A DNA stretch of 64,000 nucleotides, from contig OZ287067.1 of assembly GCA_965645245.1 (NCBI GenBank), forward strand, positions 3,596,001 through 3,660,000, in the 5' to 3' direction. Of the stretch, positions 1 through 12,617 are shown piece by piece. This DNA comes from Massalongia carnosa. Taxonomy: Eukaryota. Within the stretch, counting starts at the first letter, position 1. The number at the start of each line of letters is the position of its first letter. The notes below the pieces were generated by a model. The model was not told the DNA's origin and did not search any database. It saw nothing but the letters and a program-made list of their open reading frames with translations. A program made the position numbers and the translations under genes.

Positions 1-160
1 CACGCGGTCGTGTCATCTGTAACACTCGTAGAATGTAGCTCTACAAGCTTATGCTAGCTATATATATTCACTAGAACCTGTTCATCAATTCCCGAGTACA
101 TGTGCTAGAAATTTTGCGGATGCGGCGGTGATAAAAATTTCGAAGGTATCAAATTTGTTA

Positions 161-203
161 GTTCCGAATAAGCGGGTGTTCCGAATAGCGGTGAATTACG
201 TTA
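161..203. mobile_element. Probable right terminus of a pogo/Fot1-like DNA transposon or MITE
   Basis: Ends in ...GAATTACGT followed by TA (202-203), i.e. an ACGTAAT-type TIR plus TA target. Internal direct repeat GTTCCGAATA x2. The partner end is not in the window. Confidence 0.35.
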
Positions 204-396
204 TACCGAGTTAAAGGACCCCTGCTATCAATTAGAAGAGCCCTTAATATCTTTCAATTCTCTTCTCTCCAGGAATCTACGCTCGCAAAGTCTGCGCTTC
301 TTCAATGACGAAACCTCACCCTAAACAAGTTCTTTTCCTACCCACGATGTCGACGACTTTTCCAATACAAGCTCTTTATCCTCGGAGGCTAGTGAT

Positions 397-960
397 ATGG
401 TGAGGCATCTCAAACCGGATTCTCAATGGCGGTTTGAGGGAGCAAAATTATCAAGTATTGTGCTTGAAGTGACCAAGAGTCAGTCATATGATAGCTTAGA
501 AAAGAAAGCGAAGCAATTTATCTCCGATTCAAATGGGGGGATATCCACGGTCGTTGGCTTCATGCTCAATTCAGAAGGTCGCGGAGACGAAAGGTTACAT
601 AAAAATTGCTCTGTGATGATCGTGTGGATTGCTGTTCCTGAGACGAACAAGTCCTACGTCGCCAAACGCGCTTGCGAGGAGGTGAGTTTGTCTAAATGGT
701 CGATTCATATGAGATTCTGATTTAACAAGGCCCCCCAACATTCCGACGACGTCGTTGGTCTAGGAGAAGGCTTAAATTTCGTGCTTTCTCACTTCGCTCC
801 AAGGTTCATCTTGAAAGATTACACACAAAAGGATTATCGCATCTTATCATCGACACAAATACATATTTCCTTGCGGGAAATACATTAGATCATCATGAAA
901 GTGCGAAGAACTTCTTATGTTGATAGTACAATATTCTGCAGTGGATTTGCGAAGCATGGA
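397..960 (+). pseudogene. Fragment of a fungal hypothetical protein, possibly PD-(D/E)xK nuclease-like
   Basis: ORF 397-720 contains KPDSQW...IVLEVTKSQ...LEKKAKQFI, a PD...E-V-x-x-S pattern. Likely GTGAGT donor near 682. Downstream sequence is degenerate. Confidence 0.3.
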
Positions 961-2365
961 AAATATCGACGATGATGTAAAACAACGACGGAATTGTTGA
1001 AGAGATGCGAATGATTAAAAGAGATTACTTGAGATTGTATGCGAATGAGTGTTAAGATCAAGAAAGAGTTTCATGTATTTTATCGAGAATTAGAATAAAA
1101 GCAGACTTTGTCAAGACGACATCTTTTCAAACCATGCAGTGATAACCTGTTTCAGGCAAGAGAATGCGTGATAAGATAAGACATTTAACTGTAGACTCAT
1201 CGTCGAATTGAGCTAGAATCCGGCTCGGGCACTCAACCTAAGAGGGGCGTGCTTGCCCATTACCCACCAACAGGACGTGCCTGCTACGACTTTGCTTTCC
1301 ACGCAATCCAACCTCCAATCCACGACTGTCGCAAGCAATTTTCATCGACCGTGAACAGCTCTGCCGCAGCTGGCCGCGCAGAGCAGCTCCCCCGAAAACT
1401 CTCTCGACCGAGAAACCCCTTAACCCAGTCGCCTCGTCCTGAGAAGCAGAAGTACAAGTTTCTTTACATACCTAATTAACTTCAAATCACTACGTCAATT
1501 CGACTTCTATTTTCTCTCATGTAAACAAAGTCTTTGAAATTTGGAACCTTGCAGTCAATTCCTCAGGAGCCGAGTGCGCAGGTGCGTCGTTGCAAGAATT
1601 GGGCCGTTCAAGAGCTTCTAATAGGAGATATTGCTATGATCATGTTTCGTTCCTTTTTCTGCAAGCTTAATTAAATATTTTCAAGGTTAGATTCTCGTTG
1701 TGTCAGAAAGCCTCATGTGCTCACCTCTTCATGAATGGAGGCATACCTAAGCTCACGAAGTTGCGTCTATTCGAAAAAGTCTCAACATAAGCAGGTTAAG
1801 CTTGAACATAGCATCAGGATTTTGACTTCTCGTCAACATAAGAACATAAGACAAAAATGATGATTAACGACCTGTAATCGTAGCGGTCTTGGGCGGCGGC
1901 GTTGATGAATGTGGGAAGAATTTTATTCGCCATCGTAGTGACTAAAAGACCCGAATGCCTATTATCATCATGTTTTGGATTTGGTGTTTTGGTCCAAACT
2001 TAGGATCGTTGAGGAATTGAATGGGATGCACGTTCTTGCAATAACAATAGGAGTGCACGGACGAGAAATTCAAGAAAAGGTGAACAGCTTTGTGATGAAT
2101 TTCGGAGAAGATGATAACGGATATCTGTAATCGATACAGATGAAAAGTGATGGTCAGGACCTTTCAACGATCATCATGGCCTCAGTCTTCTAAATGATTT
2201 CCATTGCGAAATGGACTTCAGCTTGCTTTGTCACTCAACAACTTCACGAAATCTCAAGCAATGGATCTTCTGCCACTCCTCTGAAATCTTGCATAAAGCA
2301 ATCACATAGCCATACGAAAATACTGAACCACATACCACATACTTACACCACCTACAAACACAAAC

Positions 2366-2792
2366 ATGCCCTCCTTCTGCTCCCTCCGCGCCGCGCTCTA
2401 GGCATCACGAGCCCGCGCCTTTGCGCCGCGCTAGCTCGCCGCTAACTACCACAGTTCATCGCTGCTGCGGATGCCCCTACAAGGATGACCAAGACCGAAA
2501 CTCGCTGAAGCCCAAGTCGACCGAGGGTAGCAAGTTCGGTACGGATCAGGGCGTCGCCGAGACGGACGCAGCGTTTGAACCGTCCAATACACGCCCTGAG
2601 GAAGAGAAAGAAGCTGCGGGCAATGAGAACGAAGGTAACCCGCTGGCTGTGAGCGGTGCTAACCAGAAGAAGTCCGTTCCGCTGGGTGATAAGGGCGGTC
2701 CGACTATGAGAGGCACGACGAAGAATGAGGGGGATGAGAAGGCTAGTGGTGGTGGTAGTCCGGAGAAGAAGGGAAAGCCGCCTGCGATCTAG
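2366..2792 (+). pseudogene. Degenerate copy of a small conserved fungal hydrophilic protein (YKDDQDRNSLKPKSTEG motif)
   Basis: ATG at 2366 (MPSFCSLRAAL*) hits an early TAG and is out of frame with ORF 2421-2792, which carries the recognisable motif. Confidence 0.5.
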
Positions 2793-3099
2793 AGATGCTG
2801 CCGAAAGGTGATGGGAGAAAAATTCATTGAGGAAAACGGAAGCTTTGCATTAGTCTGTATTTTCGGTAACCGAAGTTATGGAGTAACTCAAGTTTATCGC
2901 GAGGTGAAATAAAAGTCTCGAATCCTGCCCCTGATCACGCCCCTGAACGCCATTGCTCATCTGTGGCCGTGTGTATGCTCTTCGATACGCTAGTCCTACC
3001 AAGTTCAGTCGTATAGCATGTCTGAATCCTTATCTTCCCCCTTCTCTTGTACGGGCTTGCCCTTTTGGTCCTATATCTTCTTTATCCTGTCCGACGTAT

Positions 3100-3620
3100 C
3101 CTCGCATCTGGGATTATACTTTGTTAAATGCGTTCAGCACATCGGGCAGGTTCATTTCAGCTGCAGCCAAGGTCCCACGCACTGAACTTGTGATTTTGAT
3201 GGCACTGCAGCTCGACAATAAGGGGGTATAGATCGTTCAAGAACTTCTCGGTGCATATGGGACACGCGTTATCTGGTTTTGGGCTCTTCTTCGGTATCCG
3301 CTCCAGCACGTTTAAGAATTCCTGCGAAACTCCCTTCACATCCTTCGGCGGGTTGAAGATGTCGCTGTTCAGAGATTCTATGAGAGATATAAGGAAGTCC
3401 TTTGTTGGCAGTCTCAGGTGCATCTCGAGCGAGGGTTTTAAACTGGACATGTACGAGACGAAAGCGATATTTGGTACGGTAAGCGGATTGTTGTGCTGAG
3501 CTGACTCATTTGAAGAGAAGAAATCATTGCTGACTTGATGGCGCAGGGAGTTGAAGCTGAATATGACGATCTACCTTCGGCGACGGGGCGCCGGTTCGAT
3601 CTTGATGCCGTGCTCGACTG
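3100..3620 (-). pseudogene. RING-H2 finger (E3 ligase-like) gene relic
   Basis: GVSQEFLNVLERIP...CPIC...PLIVELQCH..HKF, then a frameshift to CVGPWLQLK*TCPMC. The RING-H2 ligands are split by a frameshift and stops. Confidence 0.7.
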
Positions 3621-5419
3621 AGTGATGCTGTTAGCTTCTGCTTCAAGGTGGACATGGAGAGTGGGATGACCAAACTTAGTGTTGGGTCGTCATGCTAGAA
3701 TTGTGTCTTGAAAGGCGATGAGATGTTGACATTAGTACTTCCTGAAGGAGCGATAATTCTGGGGAGAATGAGGTCGAGAGAATGGAGCTTCAAAGGTGAG
3801 CTTTGAGGAAGCAACCCTACTGACGTGAGCTTTTCAGGCACAAGCTGCTGACGCGGGACCTTGGGTTATACAGGCTTAGTCCCAATAGTTCTAGCTCAGC
3901 CCTGCAGGCTGTCATGACTGTTATAAGCAGTCACCTTCTAAGTGATTTCAGCATTATGCCGTCAACTGTTCATGTAACATACAGATCCAACGAAAACGCC
4001 AAATCCCTTCAATCACCCCGGTTTTTGCTCAAACCGCGCTGTAGCAGCAAATGCAACGACCGGTCCCTTCTCCATGCGTGCTAAAGATGTAATTGTCTAT
4101 GATCATCTGTGTCCCATGTCGAACTGATGCTGAGGGATTCGACTCTACTTCTGTAGCAGATGATGGTGAGATTTCTTGATACTCATCTATGCCGAGAGCC
4201 GACAGCTTCCCAAGTTGATGGCATCAATGGCTCGGGTTGTCTCCGGCCCCGTACGTCTGAGGCTACAGCTATCGATCTGCTCAAACCAACGATCTGTGAG
4301 CGGATCTTTGATGGAAATGCGTTTCACCGGATCTGGATGTGTTGTTCGCAAGGCTAAGCTTTTTAGCAATGGATTTTTGAGATTGACAAACACCGGATCA
4401 CAGTTGGGGAGCTCGAAGCCCGATGATGAGTCCGTCGGGATACGTGACTGTGAACTTCTCACAGCAAAACTTGCTAGGTCTCAGGCCGAATGAAAGATTA
4501 GGCACGGGTTACCAGCCTACCTAATGATGATCTCTTGATTCACAGTCAAAATAATTCCAAGAGTTATCCTTAGACTTTGGCCTCTGAGGCTTAAAGTTCA
4601 GGTGTATTGACTCGATCGGACTGATTCATCAGGACCACAAGACATGAGCTTCTTGATATCAGAGTTGATCTTGGATTCACTCGTTTGAAGAGGTCCTTGT
4701 CGCTTCCCGAGATCTCAGTACTATTTGAGACCGAGTTCTTTCAATTCGATTCATCCTCGTTCTTTTCTTTCTCGTCTTCGATAACGCTTTCTGGCGCATC
4801 TTCATTCCGGCCTTCACTTTGTCTGTAGCCGCAGGAGCCTTATTGAGCGAGGTCTCATTTTCAAGAAGCCGTTGAAAGGCAACTCTCGATTGACTTTCTT
4901 CTGCAGTCGCTTTAAGCTCTATCTCGGCGTTTCTAGGTTCTTGAAAGAAAAGTCGAGAGATTGACCTTGAAGGATCTGATTGTCTCACCTCTTCTATTAG
5001 TTTAGATTAAGTTCTCAACATATCTATACGTTTTCAGCGCCCTTTATCCTCGCCCGGTTGAGCCTTAGTCGAAGCAGCATCAGTCAGGCTGGCATCGGTC
5101 GGAACGGCACTGCCAGGCCATTCAGTTTTAAGATTTGGGAGTTTCTCTGTCACTCGCACCAGGGGTCAGCATTTCAGCGAGCAAGCTGGGTCCTCTGAGC
5201 CGAGCGTTCCTGATCCCCTAGGGCGCCAGCATGGTGCGAATAGGAGGGAGCAGCCAAACTCTAGATAGACAAGAATGCGAGGGTTTTAACGGGTTAGAAG
5301 ATAATTATCAAATTTGAATCTTTTGCTTATCAGCGGGTGTGTGGATTTTTTTGTTCACCGCGTGTCACTATATCACTAGATCAGTAGTTAGCTCGTCACA
5401 TCGGTGCTATGTTTCTACC

Positions 5420-5697
5420 CTATTGCACCAGCGGCAAGTATCAATTGCATCTCTTTATCATGACCTTTCGCTGATGCCGTCTACAATGTGTAGTCACAGC
5501 CTTCACTTTGTGCGTTGAGATTAGCCTCTTTGTCGAGCGGTATCTGCATCACTCGATCATGATCATTAAATGACGCCGTCTGCAGTTGCATCGTCAATGG
5601 CTCCACCTCGAGCGTTCTCATCGGCTCTTTTCTTCAGCAGCAGCTGCAATGCTTGATCATGATCTTCTTTTGATGTCGCTTGCACTTCATCTCTGTG
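5420..5697 (-). pseudogene. Relic of ~3 C-terminal ankyrin repeats
   Basis: Manual translation: QATSKEDHDQALQLLLKKRADENARGG / LQTASFNDHDRVMQIPLDKEANLNAQ / L*TASAKGHDKEMQLILAAGA, with a frameshift and a stop. Confidence 0.6.
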
Positions 5698-6320
5698 AAT
5701 CGCAAGTCAATTATCACTTAGACCAGTGAAGGTTTTTCTGTCAACCTCAGTCCTTGCTTAAAGGCTTTGAAATGTAGAAACAAAATCTCAATAATGTCAA
5801 CGTACTGACCTTACTTAATGAAAATATTAGGAATAGATGTCAGGACTTGATGTATTATAATTGCTCGTCTCATCTTCAGCTATGTCGTCGATTATGATGC
5901 TCAATTGCTTTACAATTTTAGCGTACTTTATCAAAGGCTCGACAGGCGTAAGCACTGATTGTACGTCTTTGAAAATCTCCATCATTGCATCTACGTAGCT
6001 CAATGAAGTAAGATGCTTATTCATTCAATAATGATTTAAGATCTTGGCAGACTTTTGTTCTGAAGTGCTTACGGAAGCAAGGGCAGGATTCAGAGATCGG
6101 ACATAAGTTGGATAAGCATTCTCTGCTAAGAGGCCCCTCTAGCTGCGGCATATTTGAAGCCTGGAACTCTTGTCATGCGAGCTCTTCACGTCTCACAAAG
6201 GAGTCAACTTTCACCCGAAGCTGATGACTACGCAAAAAACTTTGTTTTGAAAGACGTCAAAAAGTCAATTGATTATTTCATGTTCCTGAATAGTTTCCTA
6301 GAATGACTCCGCAATGTTGA

Positions 6321-7611
6321 CTAGTAATTCCGCCATTGCCTATCCCTCTGTCTGTCTTCTGGGTTAATGTTATGATAAGTATTCTTTATGTTCTGTCAGC
6401 TTGTACATCGCTATTGAAAGGATAGGTGATCCTTACAGTGATACTAGTCCCAGTTATCTTAACCCCTTCTATGGACGTACTATTTGCATGACCCATAATC
6501 ACACCTCGATTGTTATTGATTTTGTCCCTAAAGTTAACATCGCCCATACGAACCGAATGTTTCTGTTGATTTTCAGCTAACTTCAAGCGCGCGAAAGAGA
6601 TGTCAGACCTGGCGATCCTCTCCAGATCCCTTGGATCGACTATCAAGATCCGATATCCATTGAACCAACTTTTGTGAAATTCTCTTGTATCTCTCTCGGT
6701 CTTCATCCTCAAACTTGCACATATCAACATGGTTCGCCTGGATCGACTGTGGATCGATACCAGGCAGTCAAGCCGATTCCTTGGGCACGATAAATCCTAT
6801 CTTCGTCCCTCCCTTGTACATAGCATACTGTTCAAAGAAGCAAGCTACTTCCACAAACTCTCTTGATTCTGAACGATCCCGTGCTTTCAGAAATTTCTGA
6901 AAGGCCTCGTTAACGCTGATGAGCTTTGCCGAACGCTCTTCAAGATCCTTTGTATCCTGCTTATGCGTGGTGCTTATCCAGCCCAGTATCTGTAGAGCCC
7001 TGCTTCCCCATTTTGCTTTTGACGATCCCTCAAAGGGCGTTCCAAGGAAGACGACTCCAATCGTTCTCTCTACGAGGGAAGTGCTAGCAATGTCGGTACC
7101 ATTATGCCTTGACAACGCATTGGCGCACACGAGACCCCCTAGGCTGTGCGAGACGAAAATAATCGGCCGTTCAGCCTGGACATAGACATCCTATTAGCAT
7201 ATTTCTGGTGGAAAGGGTAGGGGTGCGCCGATTCCTACAGTTTTGGTTTTCTCGCGAAGACCGATTAGGCTCTGGAACATTGCAGTCGCGTGATCATCAA
7301 TAGTCAAATGCTCCGGGATGAATTTCGGTCCAACAAACGGATAGAAGTGAGCAAAGTCTGCATTGTACCCAAAAGAAAGGATGCGAGCTGTTGGGCAGGC
7401 TTGAGGTAAGAGATCTTGCGGCCACAACAGCGATCTATCTCGACCCTCCCATGTCCAAGTTTTCACTCTGTCGCCGCCGAGCCCGTGGACGAAGACAATA
7501 CTGTTTGGTCAGTACAAAGCAACCCGGACGAGAAATGACATCTGGTGCGTACTCTATATTCGCCTCTGGAGAATCAAAGAGGGGTTCGCCTAATCCGTAC
7601 GGTTCGGCCAT
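6321..7611 (-). pseudogene. SesB-like alpha/beta-hydrolase (lipase-like) effector with C-terminal candidate amyloid motif; one in-frame TGA
   Basis: Spliced model with introns 7501-7552, 7176-7238, 6563-6608 and probably 6384-6436: MAEPYGL...DIVFVHGLGG...WPQDLLP...RILSFGYNA...RPIIFVSHSLGGLV (nucleophile elbow)...FLGTPFEGS...ACFFEQ...VPKESA*LPG...NHVDMCKF. Premature TGA at 6768-6770. Confidence 0.85.
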
Positions 7612-7821
7612 GCTGGCGTTGTCATCGCAATACTACAGAGGGGTCGTGCTTCAAATTTAGCACTACAGTACTAGGCCAAAAGTCTGCGGCCCCGCACCCC
7701 ACCAACATTTCAATCATTCTATTCAATCAACAATCAACCACGTCACGATTGCTGAAATGTCTTGAAACTTTACATAATGATTACATACATACTAAACACG
7801 AATTCCCCCAAAAATTGATTT

Positions 7822-8367
7822 TTAATATTTAGTATACCATCCTTCCGACGCTATACACGCTTTTATCCTCCTATTCATGCTCTCTATTAACCTCCTCATC
7901 ATTTTCACATCTATCAACGTCCAGGCTTCTTCTAACGCTTTCCAAAGTACCTCAAGAACAGTTTCATCACTGCCGCTCACCAAATCTATGTTCGGGTTGA
8001 CTTGATAGACGAGCTTTTTGAGCACATACCAAACGTGCTCGATAGGATTTAAATCAGATGAATAGGGGGGCCAATCGATGACCTCTATGCCGTTCTCATT
8101 GAACCATTCCATCACCTTTTTAGCCTTATGTATAGGTGCGTTATCCTGCATGATAATGAGGCCCGGTTGCCAAATTCCAAGCAGATTATCGTTCAATAAT
8201 TCCATATATGAGTTCGCCGAGTACCCCATCTTCTTCGCAGCAAATCACGAGCCAATTTGTAAAGATCTGACCTGTCATCTCCCCAAAAAGCTGCCCAGAC
8301 CATGACACTGACTCCTTTGCCTTTGGGGACAGGTTGTATCATCTCTTTATTCCATTTTTCTTTCGGC
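7822..8367 (-). pseudogene. Tc1-like DDE transposase, C-terminal part
   Basis: MQDNAPIH...WPPYSSDLNPIEHVW...GWYTKY. Continues the N-terminal half across the Gypsy TSD. Frameshift near 8280. Confidence 0.9.
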
Positions 8368-8545
8368 AATCTTGTGAGGGATAAAACGAGTTCACTTTCA
8401 ATAGCCTAGTTCTACACCAAAATCTTCAGACGAAGTCTAAAAGCTTTACTCGGGCGGAGTTCTATATAACCCCTGAAAAGTCGGTTCCTCGGCACATTAC
8501 CTAATCGATGCTAGTCTGATGTCAGGTGACCTCAGGACCCTGACA

Positions 8546-11500
8546 CTACCCCTCCTCTGAGACCGCGGCTCCGGACGTCGATGGTTGACTGTTATTCATG
8601 AATAGGACATCCTTTGGGGCGTTGGGTTTTCCTTTATTGTCTGTATGAAATTTTCTGATTTCTTCTTTGGCGCGAATGAAATCAGTCCATGGCTGCCAAG
8701 GTGGGTTTGCGTTCCAGTCATCCCATGAGCCGATATAGGTTGCTTTATACTGAGTGCCGTATTTCTTAGTTTCACGGCAGTCGACGATTTCGAGGACTTC
8801 ATATTCTTCATGAGGACTGGATTCGGCGTCTTCTTGAATCAGTATCGGGGGACCCGGTTCAATAAGTTGACCGGGGAATGGGTTCGTAGGAGCCAGATGA
8901 AGTTTCCATGGATGAAATATGGGTGTGAGCCCCACTCTTTTCAAGTGTTCGGGAATTTCCAATTCATAGGCCTTGTTATCTATGTTTCGGATGATTTTCC
9001 ATGGCCCCGCGTTTTTGGAACTCAGGGAGCGACTCTGCTTGTCGACGGAGAAATCTTTGGTGTTGACATATACCATGTCTCCTATCTTGTAGTCTGGATG
9101 TGGGGCCCGCGACTCATTGGCATATCTCATCTGATCTGCCTGTGCCCAGGTTAGGTGCTCGATAAGCCATTTGGTCATGGCTTCTTGTCGGGCGGTTATT
9201 TTGTCTGCCGACATCAGTTCCGCGCGTCCGGTGACATTTGAGTCAAAAGGCTGAGGCGGCTCCGAGCCACTACGAGGGTGATAACCGTGATCAGCGAAGA
9301 AGGGGGACATTCCGGTTGAAGCGTTCGTATGATTATTGACTGCAAATTCGGCATCTGGTAAGTAGTCCACCCAGTCGTCTTGAGCATGTCTGACGTATGC
9401 TCTCAGGTAGTTCTTCATAACCTTATTCGCATTTTCGGTTTGACCATCTGTTTCTGGATGATGCGCGGAGGACGGTTTCGATTTGACTCCTAATCGCTGA
9501 CAAATTCGCTTCCACAGATGGGCTGTCAATTGCGTCCCGCGATCGTGGACGATGGAGTTTGGCAAGCCGTATGTTGAAAAGACCCGACGTTTGAGGACTT
9601 CTAGTACGTCCTTCGTGCCTATATCCACCATAGGTTCGTACAACCTACGTTTGGTCAATCTGTCCACGATAACCAAGATATTTTCGTACGTCCGGCCCCG
9701 TCTGTGACATTTGGGCAGTTTGACTACAAAGTCCAGAGATAAGTCTGTCCATTTTCTTTGAGGTATGGGTAGTGGGGCTAATAGTCCCTGTTTATGATCG
9801 TTGTACGCCTTGGACCTTCGGCATGTAGAGCAGTTAGTAGCGTATCTTCGACAATCATCCTTCATGGACATCCAGAAATAGTTCTCCAGCATTTTGGCAT
9901 ACATGCCTCGATACCCGGGGTGTCCTTGCATCGGGGGATTATGATGATCCGATAAAAGACGCAGCTTCAGCTTGTCGAAATTCGGAATGAAGAGGCGTGT
10001 TTTGAAGTATAGTCTTTCGTGAAGGACTTCCAAGTCACCCATCACCAGTCTCAGCCCGTTGCTTAGAATTTTATCGGGCAATTTCTTCAGATTTTCAAAC
10101 TTAGCCTTCATGACTTCCTGAATCATTGCGTCTTCTTGATATGCCTCCGCTAAAAGATTTTCTAATAATTCATCAGGCTTTTCTGCATCCGAATCATCAT
10201 TCGAATTGATTGTGAACTCCTCTACCGTCAAGTCCTCTACTTCCTCGTCCCTGATTTGATCGGATGAGTCAGTAGTAATGTTGTCTTCAACCCGTTCTCG
10301 ATTGGCCATGGATCTGGTTGTCACGTACAGCTTCAGGTCCTGTTTCACTTCATCGTCCAGCTGATTTTCTTTTAGCAGCACCTGATATTGATATCTGGTG
10401 CGATCATCCTCCGCGTCCATCGGCAGATCTTGCTCTCTTCTGGTGAGGGCGTCCGGTTTGCCCCCTTGCTTGCCTGGTCTATACATAATGCGAAAATTAT
10501 ATTCCGCCAGCATCTCAGCCCAACGCACTTGACGGCGATTTAGTTGTTTCAAAGTCATGAAGGTCTCCAGATTCTTATGATCTGAGTAGACCTTTGTTGA
10601 TTGCTCCACTCCCGCTAGCTCCGGTCTCCAGATGACGAAACTTTCTACGATGGCTAGGAGTTCTTTATCGTAGATCTCATAATTGCATTCGGCGGGGCTC
10701 ATCTTCTTCGAGAAATAAGCCACGGGTTTCAGAACGCCTTCATGCATCTGAGAGAGTATCCCCGATACTACGAAGTCAGATGCGTCTGTCTCCACCCAGG
10801 TCTCTAGCCTTGGGTCGTAATGAGCAAGAATCGGCGCAGAGGTAAAAGAAATCTTCATGTCTTCGAAAGCTTGCTGACATTCAGTGGTCCACACGAAGTC
10901 TTGATACTTGGTGCGTCTCTTTCCGCCTTTCGTGACATATTGCTCTCCGCGGGTTAGCTCGGTCAGACACTTCACCTTTTCGGAGAATCGCTCAATGAAG
11001 CGACGATAGAAGTTAGCGAATCCAAGAAAGGACTGCACCTCTTTTACTGACGCGGGCGTCTTCCATTCTAGTATGGCCGTCACCTTTTCTGGGTCCATTC
11101 TAACGCCATTCACCCCCACGAACATTCCGAGGTACTTGACTTCGGAGACAGATAATTCACACTTGTCTATGTCCAGTTGAAGTCCTCTTTCTTTCAGACG
11201 ACGAAGTACCTTCAGTACCTGCTCGATGTGCTCCGTTTCTGTTTCACTGAACACCAGTACGTCGTCCAGATAGGCGGTGACGAAATAATCTAAGTATTCT
11301 CGCAGGGAGTTATTGATATAGCTCTGAAGTGTTGATGGAGCGTTGCATAGTCCGAAGGGCATCACAAGATATTCAAATTGACCGTATCGAGTATTGAACG
11401 CTGTGAGCCACTCTTGTCCCTCTTTAATCCTCATCCTATTGAATGCATGAATGACGTCCAATTTAGTAAACCACTTTGCTTTGGCGAGTTTCGCCAATGT

Positions 11501-12617
11501 CTCGCTGATCAATGGAATGGGGTATCGACTTTTCTCCGTGATATTATTCAGATCTCGATAATCTACGCAAAAGCGAAGACCCCCGCCTGGTTTCCTGACC
11601 AATAGTACCGGCGCGGCCGCCTTTGACGAGCTCGGACGAATAAACCCTTTTGCTAAGTGCTCATCTAGATATTTTCTTACCGCGGTCAATTCCTGTTCGG
11701 ACATGGGCCGATAATTCTTGATGAACGGGGGCTCGATCCCGGGCATCAAATTGATTTCGTGATCCTCTTTTCGATGAGGTGCCAACTCGTCTGCCTTAGC
11801 CCTCATGAAGACTTCAATCTCGCCATGATAGGCCTCGGGTACTCGTTTTTTCAATTCTTCCAGAGTATATTCGACTTTGTCTTTCATGAACTTCTCATGA
11901 TCGTCGCTGGTGACTGCGTTGATACTTGAAGCAGTCAGAAGCTTCTTCTCGTACCTATCTAACTTCTTGTTGAGCTTTTCCCTCGGATAGAAACAGTAAG
12001 TCTGATGACCCGATCTTCGAAGAAGTTTCATAAATTGCTTCGGGGTGAGGGACTGAATATCGAAATTTTCAAAGGCCTCGTTCTTTGCTGAGGCAGTCGT
12101 TTCCTTCTCCAAGATTGTGGATTCAAATTTTGAGACTGAATGAGATCGAGGTGCGCATCCCTTACTGACGCACCGATTGGAGAACGTCATGGTGCGTTCA
12201 ACCCAATCAATGTGAGGGTTATGCTCCTGCAGCCATCCATCACCGATGATCAAGGTATGATTACCTATGTCGGCCAGATAGCAGAATAACTTTTCCTCAT
12301 GATCTCCGATTCTGACGGGAACGATAACGGCCTTATCAATGATTTGATGGACTTTTCCATCCCCAAGTTCCAGTCTGACCCTGTCTCTTTTTTTTTAGTC
12401 TAATGGTCTCTAGTTTTCTTTTGCGCGCAAAGGATTCATGAAGAAATTGAGCTTCACTTCCGTTATCGATCATCAACTGATTTTCATTAGAGGCTATACT
12501 ACATCTAAATAAAAGATGCTTGCCCGGAACGAGATGATCGACAGAAAGAACAGATGCTCTAACAACCCTTAATGAAAATTCTCGACATTCCTGATGGCGA
12601 CTATCATCAGGAATCAT
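8546..12617 (-). CDS. pol: Gypsy Pol (protease, RT, RNase H, integrase, chromodomain)
   Basis: LMIDNGSE protease motif, YLDD RT, ETDASD RNase H, HHCC/DDE integrase, C-terminal EYEVLEIVD..YKATY..W chromodomain. One frameshift in a poly-A run near 12390. Confidence 0.93.

Noticed and set aside
5827..6024. Small ORF downstream of the SesB-like gene as a possible sesA/HeLo third partner
   Set aside because: No hydrophobic N-terminal helix and no copy of the shared motif. More likely debris of the ankyrin-containing relic.
6768..6770. In-frame TGA as selenocysteine or programmed readthrough
   Set aside because: It is not at a catalytic position and no recoding signal was seen. Similar single-step stops occur in many neighbouring elements.
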